Assembly (NCBI GenBank): GCA_910587655.1 | Contig: CAJUND010000011.1 | Coordinates: 58,425 to 122,424 of the forward strand | Direction: 5' to 3' | DNA length: 64,000 nucleotides | DNA from: an uncultured Agathobacter sp. | Lineage (GTDB): Bacteria > Bacillota > Clostridia > Lachnospirales > Lachnospiraceae | Shown: piece after piece, positions 1 to 10,476 of the stretch | Position numbering within the stretch: the stretch's first letter is position 1 | Layout: each line of letters opens with the position of its first letter | Translations under genes and position numbers: made by a program | Notes under the pieces: generated by a model | The model's database searches: none | Told to the model about the DNA's origin: nothing | Seen by the model: only the letters and a program-made list of their open reading frames with translations

Positions 1-315
1 GAGCTTACCATTCTGGCAGAGTCCGGGGAGGCCGGCGTATTTCTGGTGATCAACCAGGACGGAAGCGAGATTTATGTGATGGGGCATCCGGAATATGACA
101 GACTTACATTAAGCAGTGAATACTTCAGGGATAAGGATAAAGGGCTGCCAATTGAACTGCCAAAGAATTATTTTCCGGAGGACGACCCTTCTGTGCGCCC
201 GATGCTGCAGTGGCGTTCACACGGAAATATTTTATATGCCAATTGGTTAAATTACTATGTGTACCAGCAGACGCCGTATGACTTTATTGATGCGTCAGTG
301 ATTTTGGGGAAATAG
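1..315 (+). CDS. metA: Homoserine O-acyltransferase, C-terminal part (5' end outside the window)
   Basis: Frame open from base 1; GHPEYD...EYFRD and [23 protein letters not shown] are typical MetA C-terminal motifs. Confidence 0.9.
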   Translation, partial: ELTILAESGEAGVFLVINQDGSEIYVMGHPEYDRLTLSSEYFRDKDKGLPIELPKNYFPEDDPSVRPMLQWRSHGNILYANWLNYYVYQQTPYDFIDASVILGK

Positions 316-431
316 TAAATAATTGACAAAAAAACAAGAAATGTTACAAAAGTACTAGGCACTTTAACCATAATGTGCTAAAATGAAATTAATAAATAAA
401 AGGAAAAATTTATCAGAAGGGGGACGCATTT

Positions 432-1640
432 ATGGCAAAAGAACTAGTTGCAATGTTACTTGCCGGAGGCCAGGGCTCCAGACTATATGCATTGACACAA
501 AAGCTTGCAAAACCAGCAGTTCCGTTTGGCGGAAAGTACAGAATTATTGACTTCCCATTGTCGAACTGTGTGAATTCAGGTATTGATACCGTGGGAATTC
601 TGACACAGTACCAGCCGCTGGTGCTGAATGAATATATTGGAAACGGACAGCCCTGGGATCTTGACCGGCTGTATGGAGGAGTACATGTCCTGCCGCCATA
701 CCAGAAGGCATCCGGTTCTGACTGGTACAAAGGAACTGCGAATGCAATTTACCAGAATATTGCATTCATTGAAAGGTATGACCCGCAGTATGTAATCATA
801 CTTTCCGGAGACCAGATCTGTAAACAGGATTACAGTGATTTTCTGGAATTCCATAAAAGCAAGGGCGCGGAATTTTCTGTTGCAGTTATGGAGGTTCCAT
901 GGGAGGAGGCTTCCCGTTTCGGACTGATGGTTGCGGACGAAAATGACAAGATTACCGAATTCCAGGAGAAACCAAAGGAGCCGAAATCAAATCTGGCTTC
1001 CATGGGTATTTATATTTTTAACTGGGATATCTTAAAGAAGTACCTGGTTGAGGATGAGGCAGACCCGAATTCCGAAAACGATTTTGGAAATAATATTATT
1101 CCAAACCTTCTCCGTGACAACCGCGATATGTATGCATATCATTTTAACGGTTACTGGAAGGATGTTGGAACGATTCCGTCATTATGGGAAGCAAATATGG
1201 AGGTGCTGGATCCGGAGCACAGCGGAATTAATCTTTTTGATGAAAACTGGAAGATTTACAGCAGAAACAGTGGTATGACAGGACACCGCGTGGCGGAAAA
1301 TGCCATTGTTGAGGATTCCATGATTACAGACGGATGTAATATTAAAGGAACCGTAAAACATTCCATTCTTTTTGCCGGTGTTACGGTGGAAGAAGGCGCA
1401 GTTGTTGAAGATGCCGTAATTATGGGACATTCCACAATTAAATCAGGAGCAGTTGTAACCCACTGCATTGTTGCCGAACATGCTGTAATTGGAGAACATG
1501 CAGTTGTCGGGGCAAAGCCGGAAGGGGACGGCGTTGGCGAAGTTGCCACGATTGCCTCCAATGTTACCATTGGTGCAAATGCAAAAATCGGACCGGATGC
1601 CATGGTATATGAAGATGTAAAGGAGGGCGGGGAACAATGA
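432..1640 (+). CDS. glgC: Glucose-1-phosphate adenylyltransferase
   Basis: [34 protein letters not shown] and YWKDVGT motifs; C-terminal hexapeptide beta-helix. Confidence 0.96.
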   Translation: MAKELVAMLLAGGQGSRLYALTQKLAKPAVPFGGKYRIIDFPLSNCVNSGIDTVGILTQYQPLVLNEYIGNGQPWDLDRLYGGVHVLPPYQKASGSDWYKGTANAIYQNIAFIERYDPQYVIILSGDQICKQDYSDFLEFHKSKGAEFSVAVMEVPWEEASRFGLMVADENDKITEFQEKPKEPKSNLASMGIYIFNWDILKKYLVEDEADPNSENDFGNNIIPNLLRDNRDMYAYHFNGYWKDVGTIPSLWEANMEVLDPEHSGINLFDENWKIYSRNSGMTGHRVAENAIVEDSMITDGCNIKGTVKHSILFAGVTVEEGAVVEDAVIMGHSTIKSGAVVTHCIVAEHAVIGEHAVVGAKPEGDGVGEVATIASNVTIGANAKIGPDAMVYEDVKEGGEQ

Positions 1641-2779
1641 TTAATTCAAAAGCAGAAGCACTGGGAATTATCTTCCCGAACAGTTATGATTCACTGGTGC
1701 CGGATCTGGTGTCAGAGCGTCTGATGGCGTCCATCCCGTTTGCCAGCAGGTACCGTATGTGCGATTTTATGCTTTCCAGCATGGCACAGAGCGGAATTGA
1801 CAATATTTCCGTCATTGTACGCAAGAACTATCATTCCCTGCTTGATCATCTTGGTACCGGGCGGGAATGGGATCTGGTACGCAAGAACGGAGGATTAAAT
1901 ATTGTCCCTCCTTTTGCACAGAAACAGGTAAAAGTATTTGAAGGAAGAGTAGAGGCACTGGAAAGTATCCGGGGTTTCTTAAAGAAACAGCAGGAAAAAT
2001 ACGTCATTTTAAGTGATGCAAACATAGCCATGAATTTTGACTTTACAGAACTTCTGGATGTACACATTAAAAGCGGCGCGGATGTTACCATGATGTACCG
2101 CAAACAGGAAATTCCTGAGTCGCTGAAGAAGCTTGGCAGGGATAAGATGGAGCTGTATTATTCTTTCGCAATGAACGGGGACCGTGTCAGCAAGATTTAC
2201 ATTAATCCGGGTGAAGACGGGGAGATGAATTTCAGCCTGAATATCTATGTGGTAGAGCGCGAGCGGTTAATAAAAATGGTGGACGAAGGTTATCTGCACG
2301 GCTGCACATATTTTGTAAGGGATATTCTTGACAAGCAGATTGACTCCCTGGATGTCAGGGGATACTGTTATGACGGATATGCTGCATGCATTTTTGACAC
2401 AAAGAGTTATTTTGAGGAAAACTTAAAGCTTTTACAGGAGGAAAACTTAAATGCACTGTTTTCCGGAAACCAGATTCATACAAAAATCCGTGATGACAAC
2501 CCGACCCGTTACATTAACGGTTCCTGCGTAAAAAATGTCATGGTTGCTGACGGCTGTGTTATTGAAGGGGAGGTTGAAAACAGCGTACTCTTTAGAGGGG
2601 TACATGTGGGCAAAGGGGCAAAAGTGAAGAACTGCGTCCTGATGCAGGATACCATTGTGCAGCAGAATGCAAGCGTGGAATATGTAATTACGGATAAGAA
2701 TGTCACGATTACAGAAGGACGTTCCCTGACAGGTAACGATTCCTACCAGGTATATGTTGCAAAAGGCCAGGTTGTATAG
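1637..2779 (+). CDS. glgD: ADP-glucose pyrophosphorylase regulatory subunit
   Basis: GlgC paralogue lacking GGQGSRL ([18 protein letters not shown]); ATGA overlap with glgC. Confidence 0.92.
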   Translation: MINSKAEALGIIFPNSYDSLVPDLVSERLMASIPFASRYRMCDFMLSSMAQSGIDNISVIVRKNYHSLLDHLGTGREWDLVRKNGGLNIVPPFAQKQVKVFEGRVEALESIRGFLKKQQEKYVILSDANIAMNFDFTELLDVHIKSGADVTMMYRKQEIPESLKKLGRDKMELYYSFAMNGDRVSKIYINPGEDGEMNFSLNIYVVERERLIKMVDEGYLHGCTYFVRDILDKQIDSLDVRGYCYDGYAACIFDTKSYFEENLKLLQEENLNALFSGNQIHTKIRDDNPTRYINGSCVKNVMVADGCVIEGEVENSVLFRGVHVGKGAKVKNCVLMQDTIVQQNASVEYVITDKNVTITEGRSLTGNDSYQVYVAKGQVV

Positions 2780-2863
2780 TGGAATCCACAAAAAATACTG
2801 CTTTCCAAATACTGTAGAATCTGCTATAATGAACTGAGACTAAAACTGAGGAGGCATTGTATT

Positions 2864-3241
2864 ATGGCTGATAGCAGGAAAACATTTAAGATAAAGTCAG
2901 ATGAGGTCGGTGATGTTCGCATCGCGGACGAAGTAGTTGCAATCATTGCAGGACTAGCCGCAACGGAAGTGGATGGGGTCAGTTCCATGGCTGGTAATAT
3001 CACAAACGAGATTGTCAGCAGACTTGGCATGAAAAACCTTTCCAAGGGAATTATGGTTGAGGTTCTGGAGAATGATGTTAAGGTGGATGTTGCCCTTAAT
3101 ATTGCATATGGTTACAGCGTACCGGAGGTATCTGTAAAAGTACAGGATAGGGTAACAACTGCGATTGAAAATATGACCGGACTGAATGTTGCGGTTGTAA
3201 ATGTAAGGATTGCAAGTGTTGACATGGGTTCTGATAATTAA
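2864..3241 (+). CDS. Asp23/Gls24 family protein (YqhY-like)
   Basis: IADEVVAIIAGLAATEVDGV...IENMTGLNV motif; usual position upstream of nusB. Confidence 0.9.
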   Translation: MADSRKTFKIKSDEVGDVRIADEVVAIIAGLAATEVDGVSSMAGNITNEIVSRLGMKNLSKGIMVEVLENDVKVDVALNIAYGYSVPEVSVKVQDRVTTAIENMTGLNVAVVNVRIASVDMGSDN

Positions 3242-3244
3242 ATA

Positions 3245-3273
3245 TTGGTATTCAGACCAGAATATGTTATAAT
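3245..3273 (+). promoter_or_regulatory. sigmaA-type promoter for the nusB operon
   Basis: TTGGTA-17 bp-TATAAT with TGn extended -10. Confidence 0.6.
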
Positions 3274-3380
3274 AAAGGACGTCTAAAGCAGACGTCCTTT
3301 GTCGTACATCTTTGATGTACGACAAAAAAAGGAGTACATCAAAGATGTACGGCCAAAAAAGTACGTCAGTAAATGTACGG
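3274..3380. repeat. Series of 3-4 related palindromes upstream of nusB
   Basis: AAAGGACGTCT-N5-AGACGTCCTTT; TTTGTCGTACATC-TTT-GATGTACGACAAA; GTACATC-AAA-GATGTAC; degenerate GTACGTCAGTAAATGTAC. Confidence 0.85.
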
Positions 3381-3402
3381 CTGGAAGATATGGAGTAAGA
3401 AA

Positions 3403-3801
3403 ATGACAAGAAGTAAATTAAGGGAACAAACATTTAAAATGCTTTTCCGCATGGAATTTCATGAAGCAGAAGAGATGGACGAGCAGCTTGGGCTTTTTGG
3501 GGAGGAATCCCAAAATATAAGCGAGGAGGAATCCGCCTATCTGGTCAAGAAGTGCCAGGGTGTTTTTGAACATGTAAAAGAAATCGACAGTGCAATTAAC
3601 GAAGTGGCAAAGGGATGGAAGACCAGCCGTATGAACAAGGTCGATTTAACGGTACTCCGCCTTGCTGTATATGAAATTCGTTTTGAGGAGGATATTCCGT
3701 TTAAGGTGAGTGTGAATGAAGCGGTAGAGCTGGTAAAACAGTACGGGACAGAGGATTCCGCTTCATTTGTAAACGGGATTCTGGCAAAGTTTGCATCATG
3801 A
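3403..3801 (+). CDS. nusB: Transcription antitermination factor NusB
   Basis: WKTSRMNKVDLTVLRLAVYE, VSVNEAVELVKQYG, FVNGIL; start moved to ATG 3403 after a GGAG RBS. Confidence 0.93.
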   Translation: MTRSKLREQTFKMLFRMEFHEAEEMDEQLGLFGEESQNISEEESAYLVKKCQGVFEHVKEIDSAINEVAKGWKTSRMNKVDLTVLRLAVYEIRFEEDIPFKVSVNEAVELVKQYGTEDSASFVNGILAKFAS

Positions 3802-5009
3802 AAAATGTATATACTGTAGAACAGATTAACAAATATATAAAAAATATGTTTGCACAGGATTTTATGCTTCAGCAGATCAGCATGAAAGGGGAAGTGTCAA
3901 ACTGCAAGTACCATTCCAGCGGACATATTTATTTCAGCTTAAAGGATTCCGGCGGCGTCATGAAAGCCGTTATGTTTAAAGGCAGCCGTGCAGAGGGACT
4001 TGGTTTTTCCATGCAGGACGGCGACCAGGTGATTGTAACGGGTTCGGTTGAAGTGTATGAGCGGGACGGCGTATACCAGATGTATGCCAGAAAGATTGAA
4101 CAGGACGGCGAGGGAAATCTCTATCTTAAGTTTGAAAAGTTAAAAAAAGAGCTGGAAGAAATGGGGATGTTTGCCAGTGAATATAAGCGTCCCATTCCCA
4201 AATATGCAAAACGCGTTGGAATCGTTACGGCAGAAACCGGGGCGGCGATTCAGGATATCCGCAACATTTCGGCAAGAAGAAACCCATATGTGCAGCTGAT
4301 TCTGTGCCCTGCACTGGTACAGGGAGAGGGCGCGAAAGAATCCATCGTAAACGGAATCCATGCACTGGAGCAGCTTGGGGTTGACGTCATTATTGTAGGC
4401 AGGGGCGGGGGTTCCATGGAGGATTTATGGGCGTTTAATGAAGAAATTGTTGCGCGTGCAGTGTTTGACTGTTCCGTTCCGGTGATATCCGCAGTCGGTC
4501 ATGAGACGGACTGGACCATTGTGGATTTTGTTGCGGACCAGAGGGCCCCCACGCCGTCAGCTGCTGCGGAGCTTGCTGTCTTTGATTACAGAATCATCAT
4601 GCAGGAACTGGATTCACTGCAGGAACTTCTTATGCGTGAGCTGGGGCGCAAGCTGGAACATGCCCAGTTGCGTCTGGGTAACCTCAGGCTGAAATTAAAA
4701 CTGCGCAGTCCCGTAAACCGGCTGAGTGAAAACAAAAACCGGATAGCGGATTACGAAGAAAAAACAGAACTGGCGATGAAACAGAAGCTGCTTTCATACC
4801 GTCATAAATTAAAGCTTCTGGCGCAGAGGCTGGAAGGGGATTCCCCGGTAAAAAAGCTTGGGGGAGGTTATGCCTTTGTATCCATAAACGGTAAAGGATT
4901 AAAGCATGTATCGGATACAAAGACCGGAGATGAATTACAGATTGTTCTGCCGGACGGAACCATCAGGGCAAAGGTGGAGGAAACTAAGCCAGGAACGGAG
5001 GAAGCATAA
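3798..5009 (+). CDS. xseA: Exodeoxyribonuclease VII large subunit
   Basis: GEVSN, SGHIYFSLKD, RGGGSMEDLWAFNEE, SAVGHETD, APTPSAAAE. Confidence 0.96.
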   Translation: MKNVYTVEQINKYIKNMFAQDFMLQQISMKGEVSNCKYHSSGHIYFSLKDSGGVMKAVMFKGSRAEGLGFSMQDGDQVIVTGSVEVYERDGVYQMYARKIEQDGEGNLYLKFEKLKKELEEMGMFASEYKRPIPKYAKRVGIVTAETGAAIQDIRNISARRNPYVQLILCPALVQGEGAKESIVNGIHALEQLGVDVIIVGRGGGSMEDLWAFNEEIVARAVFDCSVPVISAVGHETDWTIVDFVADQRAPTPSAAAELAVFDYRIIMQELDSLQELLMRELGRKLEHAQLRLGNLRLKLKLRSPVNRLSENKNRIADYEEKTELAMKQKLLSYRHKLKLLAQRLEGDSPVKKLGGGYAFVSINGKGLKHVSDTKTGDELQIVLPDGTIRAKVEETKPGTEEA

Positions 5010-5013
5010 AATC

Positions 5014-5226
5014 ATGGAAGAAAAAACAGAAAACGGACTGGAGGCGCGTTTTTCCAGAATTGAGGAAATCATAGGACGGATGGAAGATGAAAACGTGTCG
5101 CTCGATGAGTCATTTGAACTGTATAAAAAAGGATTAAATGAAATCAAAGCAGCAAACAAAGCGCTGGATACAATAGAAAAAGAGATGCTTGTGCTGCGGG
5201 CAGACGGGGAACTGGAGGAGTTCTGA
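5014..5226 (+). CDS. xseB: Exodeoxyribonuclease VII small subunit
   Basis: LEARFSRIEEII..ME...SLDESFELYKKG; lies between xseA and ispA; start moved to ATG 5014. Confidence 0.9.
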   Translation: MEEKTENGLEARFSRIEEIIGRMEDENVSLDESFELYKKGLNEIKAANKALDTIEKEMLVLRADGELEEF

Positions 5227-6116
5227 TGGATATCGAAAGAGAAATCGCAGGTCGCGCGAAGGATATTGAACAGAGAATCAAAAAATATATGCCAAAAGAA
5301 AGCGGCATGCAGCAGACGGTTATTGACGCCATGTCATACAGTATCTTCGCTGGAGGAAAACGTCTGCGTCCCATGATGATGGAGGCTGCTTACGAGATGT
5401 TCGGCGGCACAGACAGGGAGGCCGTTGAACCGTTTATGGCGGCAATTGAAATGATTCATACCTATTCCCTTGTGCATGACGACCTTCCGGCGATGGACAA
5501 CGATGATTACCGCCGCGGGAAAGAAACCACCCATAAGCATTTTGGGGAAGCCATGGGGATTCTTGCCGGGGATGCGCTGTTAAATTATGCTTACGAAACC
5601 ATAGCGGCAGCGTTATGTAAAGCAGACAGCGCACACACCATACAGGCATTTGGCATACTTGCGAAAAAGGCAGGGGTATACGGTATGGTCGGCGGTCAGA
5701 CTGTGGATGTGGAAAGTGAAAGAAACCAGACAGCTGATGCCAAAAGGCTTGATTTTATTTACCGCTTAAAAACCGGTGCGCTGATGGAAGCAGCCCTGAT
5801 GACAGGAGCTGTGCTTGCAGGAGCCTCTTCCTGGGATGTTTCCGCTATGGAGCAGGCAGGAACAAAGCTTGGAATGGCATTCCAGATTGCGGATGATGTG
5901 CTGGATGAGACAAGTACGCAGGAAGTGCTGGGAAAGCCGGTTGGCAGTGACAGCAGAAACCAGAAAATGACATATGTTGCCCTAGAGGGGATTGATAAAG
6001 CAAAAGAGGAAGTTGCAAGGCTCTCAGAAGAAGCGGTTGCAGTTTTGGACGGCTTTCAAGGAGAACATACCTTTCTTAGGGAATTATTTTTGTATCTGAT
6101 TTACAGAAAAAAATAA
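5226..6116 (+). CDS. ispA: Farnesyl/geranylgeranyl diphosphate synthase
   Basis: GGKRLRP, SLVHDDLPAMDNDDYRRG, FQIADDVLD aspartate-rich motifs. Confidence 0.94.
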   Translation: MDIEREIAGRAKDIEQRIKKYMPKESGMQQTVIDAMSYSIFAGGKRLRPMMMEAAYEMFGGTDREAVEPFMAAIEMIHTYSLVHDDLPAMDNDDYRRGKETTHKHFGEAMGILAGDALLNYAYETIAAALCKADSAHTIQAFGILAKKAGVYGMVGGQTVDVESERNQTADAKRLDFIYRLKTGALMEAALMTGAVLAGASSWDVSAMEQAGTKLGMAFQIADDVLDETSTQEVLGKPVGSDSRNQKMTYVALEGIDKAKEEVARLSEEAVAVLDGFQGEHTFLRELFLYLIYRKK

Positions 6117-6141
6117 AGCAGGCGCTGCATTTGAGGGAAGT

Positions 6142-8010
6142 ATGTTTTTAGAGCGTATAAAAAACGTAAATGATATTAAACAATTCAATGAAGAGGAACT
6201 GGAAGAACTTTCCGCAGAGATACGGGATTTTCTGGTGGAATCAATAGCCAGGACCGGAGGACATCTGGCATCAAATCTCGGTGTGGTTGAGCTTACCATG
6301 GCGCTTCATCTGTCATTTGACCTGACTTCTGACAAAATCATCTGGGATGTCGGGCACCAGTCCTATACCCACAAAATCCTTACCGGAAGAAAGGACGGAT
6401 TTGCCAGTCTGCGGCAGTATGGCGGAATGAGCGGATTCCCCAAAACAAGTGAGCATATAGCAGATACCTTTAATACCGGACACAGCTCGACTTCCATCTC
6501 TGCGGGACTTGGACTGGCGGCAGCAAGGGAACTGGCGGGCGAAAAATATCATGTTGTTTCCGTGATCGGGGACGGTGCGCTGACCGGGGGGCTTGCCTTT
6601 GAGGCGATGAATAATGCATCGCGCATGAATTCCAACTTTATTATTGTATTAAACGACAATAATATGTCCATTTCAGAAAATGTCGGTGCCATGAATCAGT
6701 ACCTGAGCAATTTCAGAACTTCAGATGCATATAACGACTTAAAACTTGGCATCACCAATTCATTAAATAAAATCCCCCTGTTTGGTGAACGGATGGTACG
6801 CAGCATTAGAAATGCCAAAAGCGGAATCAAGCAGCTGTTTGTACCGGGGATGTTTTTTGAGGAGATTGGAATAATTTATCTTGGTCCGGTGGACGGTGAA
6901 AATATCAAAGAAATGCGGAAAGTATTTGCAGAGGCAAAGCGTGTGAAAGGCCCCGTGCTTGTCCATGTCATTACCAAAAAGGGGAGCGGTTATGTTCCGG
7001 CGGAGCGGCATCCTTCGCGTTTTCACGGAACGGATGCGTTTGATGTGGATACTGGAAAGCCTCTGAAAGAAAAAAGCAGACCGGCATATACAGATATCTT
7101 TTCCTCGTTCATGAAAAAAATGGGGGAACAGGAAACAAAACTGGTTGCTGTTACTGCCGCAATGGATGCAGGAACCGGGCTGGCACGGTTCAGAAAACTT
7201 TATCCCGAACGTTTTTTTGATGTGGGAATTGCAGAGGAACATGCAGTGACCTTTGCCGCCGGACTTGCCAGGGCAGGGATGAAGCCTGTTTTTGCAGTAT
7301 ATTCGTCTTTTCTGCAGAGGGCTTACGACCAGATTTTACATGACGTTTGCGCACAGAAGCTTCCCGTTGTATTTGCCATTGACCGTGCGGGACTAGTGGG
7401 AAAAGACGGGGAAACACACCAGGGAATCTATGACCTGTCGTATCTTACCACAATACCGGGACTGACTGTGATGGCGCCCAAAAACCGGTGGGAACTTACT
7501 GATATGCTGACATATGCCGTGGATGCAGATGAACCGGTTGCCGTTCGGTATCCGAAAGGGGATGCCTGCACCCTGTTTCAGGACAGCCGTGCAGAAATTG
7601 TAAAAGGAAAAGCAGAACTGCTTGTAAAAGGAAGCCGGGTGGCGCTTTTTGCCATCGGCTCAATGGTAGAAACGGCAGAAGAGGTCAGGATACTGCTTGA
7701 AAAAGAGGGAATTTATGCAACTCTTGTGAATGCCAGGTTTGCCAGGCCGCTGGATGACGACTGTATCATCCAGCTGGCAAAAAACCATGAGCTTATTGTC
7801 ACACTGGAAGAAAATATAAAAAGCGCGGGAATCGGGGAGCATGCGGCAGCGCTGCTTTATGAAAGGCAGAGAAAGGTAAAACTGGTTCCGGTTGCAATTT
7901 CTGACCAGTTTGTACCGCACGGAAGTGTGGAAATTCTAAAAAAAGAACTGGGACTGGATGCAGTGTCCATCGCCAAAAAAATAATGCTGGAGCTTGAAAC
8001 AGAAAAATGA
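6142..8010 (+). CDS. dxs: 1-deoxy-D-xylulose-5-phosphate synthase
   Basis: GGHLASNLGVVELT, WDVGHQSY, GDGALTGG..N TPP motif, DVGIAEEH, DGETHQG. Confidence 0.97.
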   Translation: MFLERIKNVNDIKQFNEEELEELSAEIRDFLVESIARTGGHLASNLGVVELTMALHLSFDLTSDKIIWDVGHQSYTHKILTGRKDGFASLRQYGGMSGFPKTSEHIADTFNTGHSSTSISAGLGLAAARELAGEKYHVVSVIGDGALTGGLAFEAMNNASRMNSNFIIVLNDNNMSISENVGAMNQYLSNFRTSDAYNDLKLGITNSLNKIPLFGERMVRSIRNAKSGIKQLFVPGMFFEEIGIIYLGPVDGENIKEMRKVFAEAKRVKGPVLVHVITKKGSGYVPAERHPSRFHGTDAFDVDTGKPLKEKSRPAYTDIFSSFMKKMGEQETKLVAVTAAMDAGTGLARFRKLYPERFFDVGIAEEHAVTFAAGLARAGMKPVFAVYSSFLQRAYDQILHDVCAQKLPVVFAIDRAGLVGKDGETHQGIYDLSYLTTIPGLTVMAPKNRWELTDMLTYAVDADEPVAVRYPKGDACTLFQDSRAEIVKGKAELLVKGSRVALFAIGSMVETAEEVRILLEKEGIYATLVNARFARPLDDDCIIQLAKNHELIVTLEENIKSAGIGEHAAALLYERQRKVKLVPVAISDQFVPHGSVEILKKELGLDAVSIAKKIMLELETEK

Positions 8011-8810
8011 AAGAACGATTAGATGTTTTACTTGTAAACAGAGGACTTGCACCGTCAAGGGAAAAGGCAAAGGCCATGATAATGGCAGGCAGTGTGTTTG
8101 TCGGAAACAACCGAGAGGATAAAGCCGGGGCCGCATTCCCGGCGGACTGTCAGATTGAAATTCATGGGAATACTTTAAAATATGTCAGCCGCGGCGGATT
8201 AAAGCTGGAAAAAGCAATGACGCATTTCGGCATACAGCTTGACGGAAAAACCTGCATGGATATCGGTGCGTCCACCGGTGGTTTTACAGACTGCATGTTA
8301 CAAAACGGCGCAGAGTCAGTTTTTGCCATAGATGTAGGATACGGGCAGCTGGCATGGAAACTCCGCCAGGACCCGCGGGTGGTCTGTATGGAAAAAACCA
8401 ATATCCGCTATGTGACACCGGAGGATGTTCCGGCTCTTTCAGATTTTGCATCCGTGGATGTTTCATTTATCTCCCTGACAAAAGTACTCGGTCCTGCCAG
8501 AAATCTGTTAAAGGACAACGGAGAAATGGTCTGTCTGATTAAGCCGCAGTTTGAAGCGGGCAGGGAAAAAGTCGGGAAAAAAGGCGTGGTAAGGGAAAAG
8601 TCCGTGCATGAAGAAGTGATTTGCATGGTAACGGACTTTGCACTTGGTGCAGGCTTTTCGGTATGCGGTCTCGAATATTCCCCGATTAAGGGACCGGAAG
8701 GAAATATCGAGTACCTGGTTTATCTGATAAAAAGCGGGGAAACAGTAAAGGAGGATTCCGTGGATATTTCTGCCGTAGTTTCTGCGGCACACGGGGAATT
8801 GGATAAATAA
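8007..8810 (+). CDS. tlyA: TlyA family rRNA (cytidine-2'-O)-methyltransferase
   Basis: S4 domain, YVSRGGLKL, DIGASTGGFTD, DVSFISL, LIKPQFEAG, GPEGNIEYL. Confidence 0.94.
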   Translation: MKERLDVLLVNRGLAPSREKAKAMIMAGSVFVGNNREDKAGAAFPADCQIEIHGNTLKYVSRGGLKLEKAMTHFGIQLDGKTCMDIGASTGGFTDCMLQNGAESVFAIDVGYGQLAWKLRQDPRVVCMEKTNIRYVTPEDVPALSDFASVDVSFISLTKVLGPARNLLKDNGEMVCLIKPQFEAGREKVGKKGVVREKSVHEEVICMVTDFALGAGFSVCGLEYSPIKGPEGNIEYLVYLIKSGETVKEDSVDISAVVSAAHGELDK

Positions 8811-9662
8811 ATGCAGAAATTTGTACTGGTAACCAATACTTATAAAGATAAAAACCTTCATCTTTCCAGGGAAATTGTTACATACATCCAAAAACGCGGA
8901 GGAGAGGCAAAAATCTGTATCAGCAGCATCCGCGGGGAGGAAGAGAAAAATTTCAGTCTTTCTGAAATTCCGGAGGATACGGACTGTATTCTGGTGCTTG
9001 GAGGGGACGGAACCCTGATCCGTGCAGCTACCAAAGTAGAATCCCTGCAGATTCCGTTAATCGGGATAAATCTAGGAACACTTGGATATTTGTGTGAGCT
9101 GGAAGAACAGTCGGTATTTGATGCCATTGACCGGCTGATGGCAGGAGAGTACATGATGGAAGAGCGGATTATGCTCCGCGGATGGAAAAATGGTGAAACG
9201 AAGCAGCGTCTTGCGCTCAATGATGTGGTGATTCACTGGGCAGGGGATTTGTCCATGCTGCAGCTTCATGTCTACGTAAATGAAAAATTCCTGACGACCT
9301 ATCATGCCGATGGAATCATTGTCGCAACTCCGACGGGGTCCACCGGTTATAATATGTCTGCGGGGGGGCCGATTGTGGATCCCAGGGCAAAGATGCTTCT
9401 TCTTACGCCGATTAATGCACATGATTTAAATTCCCAGAGCATTGTGCTCAATTCCCAGGATACTGTGGAAATAAAAATGGGAAGCAGACGCTTTCAGGAA
9501 GGCGAACAGGCAGTAGTCGGATTTGACGGGGATACCGCCCTGCATCTTCTGGCTGGGGAAAGTATGAAAATATCCCTTGCCAGCCATGTCGTAAAAATCT
9601 GTAAAATCAGCAACGAAAGTTTTCTTGAAATTCTTCAGAAAAAGATGCAGTGTGTTCTTTAA
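8811..9662 (+). CDS. nadK: NAD(+) kinase
   Basis: LGGDGT, ALNDVV, ATPTGSTGYNMSAGGP. Confidence 0.94.
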   Translation: MQKFVLVTNTYKDKNLHLSREIVTYIQKRGGEAKICISSIRGEEEKNFSLSEIPEDTDCILVLGGDGTLIRAATKVESLQIPLIGINLGTLGYLCELEEQSVFDAIDRLMAGEYMMEERIMLRGWKNGETKQRLALNDVVIHWAGDLSMLQLHVYVNEKFLTTYHADGIIVATPTGSTGYNMSAGGPIVDPRAKMLLLTPINAHDLNSQSIVLNSQDTVEIKMGSRRFQEGEQAVVGFDGDTALHLLAGESMKISLASHVVKICKISNESFLEILQKKMQCVL

Positions 9663-9674
9663 AACGGGGGATAT

Positions 9675-10127
9675 ATGAAATCAAAAAGGCAATCCAAAAT
9701 TCTTGAAATTATAAATAAATACCATGTGGAAACGCAGGAAGAACTGTCAGCTTATCTGGAGAAAGAAGGATTTGCTGCCACTCAGGCTACGGTTTCAAGG
9801 GATATCAGGGAGCTGAAACTCACAAAGATTTCCGGGGATAACGGAAGGCAGCGGTATGCAGTGATTACCGATGCAGATACCGGCATGACCGGGAAATATG
9901 CAAGAGTACTGCAGGAGGGATTTCTATCCATGGACTGTGCAGAAAATCTTGTTGTGATTAAGACCGTGGCTGGAATGGCATCGGCAGTTGGAGCGGCAGT
10001 CGATGCCATGAAGATCGAGGAACTGCTTGGCTCCCTTGCAGGAGATGATACAATTCTTTGTGTGATTCGTACTTCGGAAGATGCAAAGAATGTGATGAAA
10101 AGACTGCAGAAAATAATAGAAGGATAA
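9675..10127 (+). CDS. argR: Arginine repressor
   Basis: TQEEL, ATQATVSRDIREL, GSLAGDDT. Confidence 0.95.
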   Translation: MKSKRQSKILEIINKYHVETQEELSAYLEKEGFAATQATVSRDIRELKLTKISGDNGRQRYAVITDADTGMTGKYARVLQEGFLSMDCAENLVVIKTVAGMASAVGAAVDAMKIEELLGSLAGDDTILCVIRTSEDAKNVMKRLQKIIEG

Positions 10128-10138
10128 GGTATTCCCTG

Positions 10139-10177
10139 GCTGCAGTGTGAAAACGGACTGTGTTTTTGCACTGCAGC
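10139..10177 (+). terminator. Strong hairpin after argR, probable terminator
   Basis: GCTGCAGTGTGAAAAC / GTTTTTGCACTGCAGC inverted repeat; U-tract is weak. Confidence 0.55.
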
Positions 10178-10184
10178 TTCAGTG

Positions 10185-10465
10185 ATTTATTTATACGGTT
10201 GTTAAAACAAAAATAAATAAAATATACACAATAATTAAAACTATATATAAAAATTATATTTTTATCCTATAGATAATTTTGTATTACAAAATAAGATGGA
10301 AAGTTAAATATAAAAATAATTTATTTTGTAATATTTTATATGTAAATATAATTTTATGAATTAATAATTAATTGCATTTTTAATAATTATATCTACTGGA
10401 TTTGATAAACAAATGAGCTAATAATGATAATTATATTATGATATAATAAAATATCAAAAGCTTAA
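10185..10465. other. Extremely AT-rich intergenic tract between argR and recN
   Basis: About 280 bp almost free of G/C; TGATATAAT extended -10 at 10439-10447; AAGGAGG RBS before recN. Confidence 0.85.
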
Positions 10466-10476
10466 AAGGAGGAAAA

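Noticed and set aside
9362..9368. G7 tract in nadK as a phase-variation site
   Set aside because: In frame and encodes the conserved AGGP motif of a housekeeping enzyme
10185..10465. Replication origin, Fur box or ARG boxes in the AT-rich tract
   Set aside because: No DnaA-box cluster; partial Fur and ARG matches are expected by chance at this AT content
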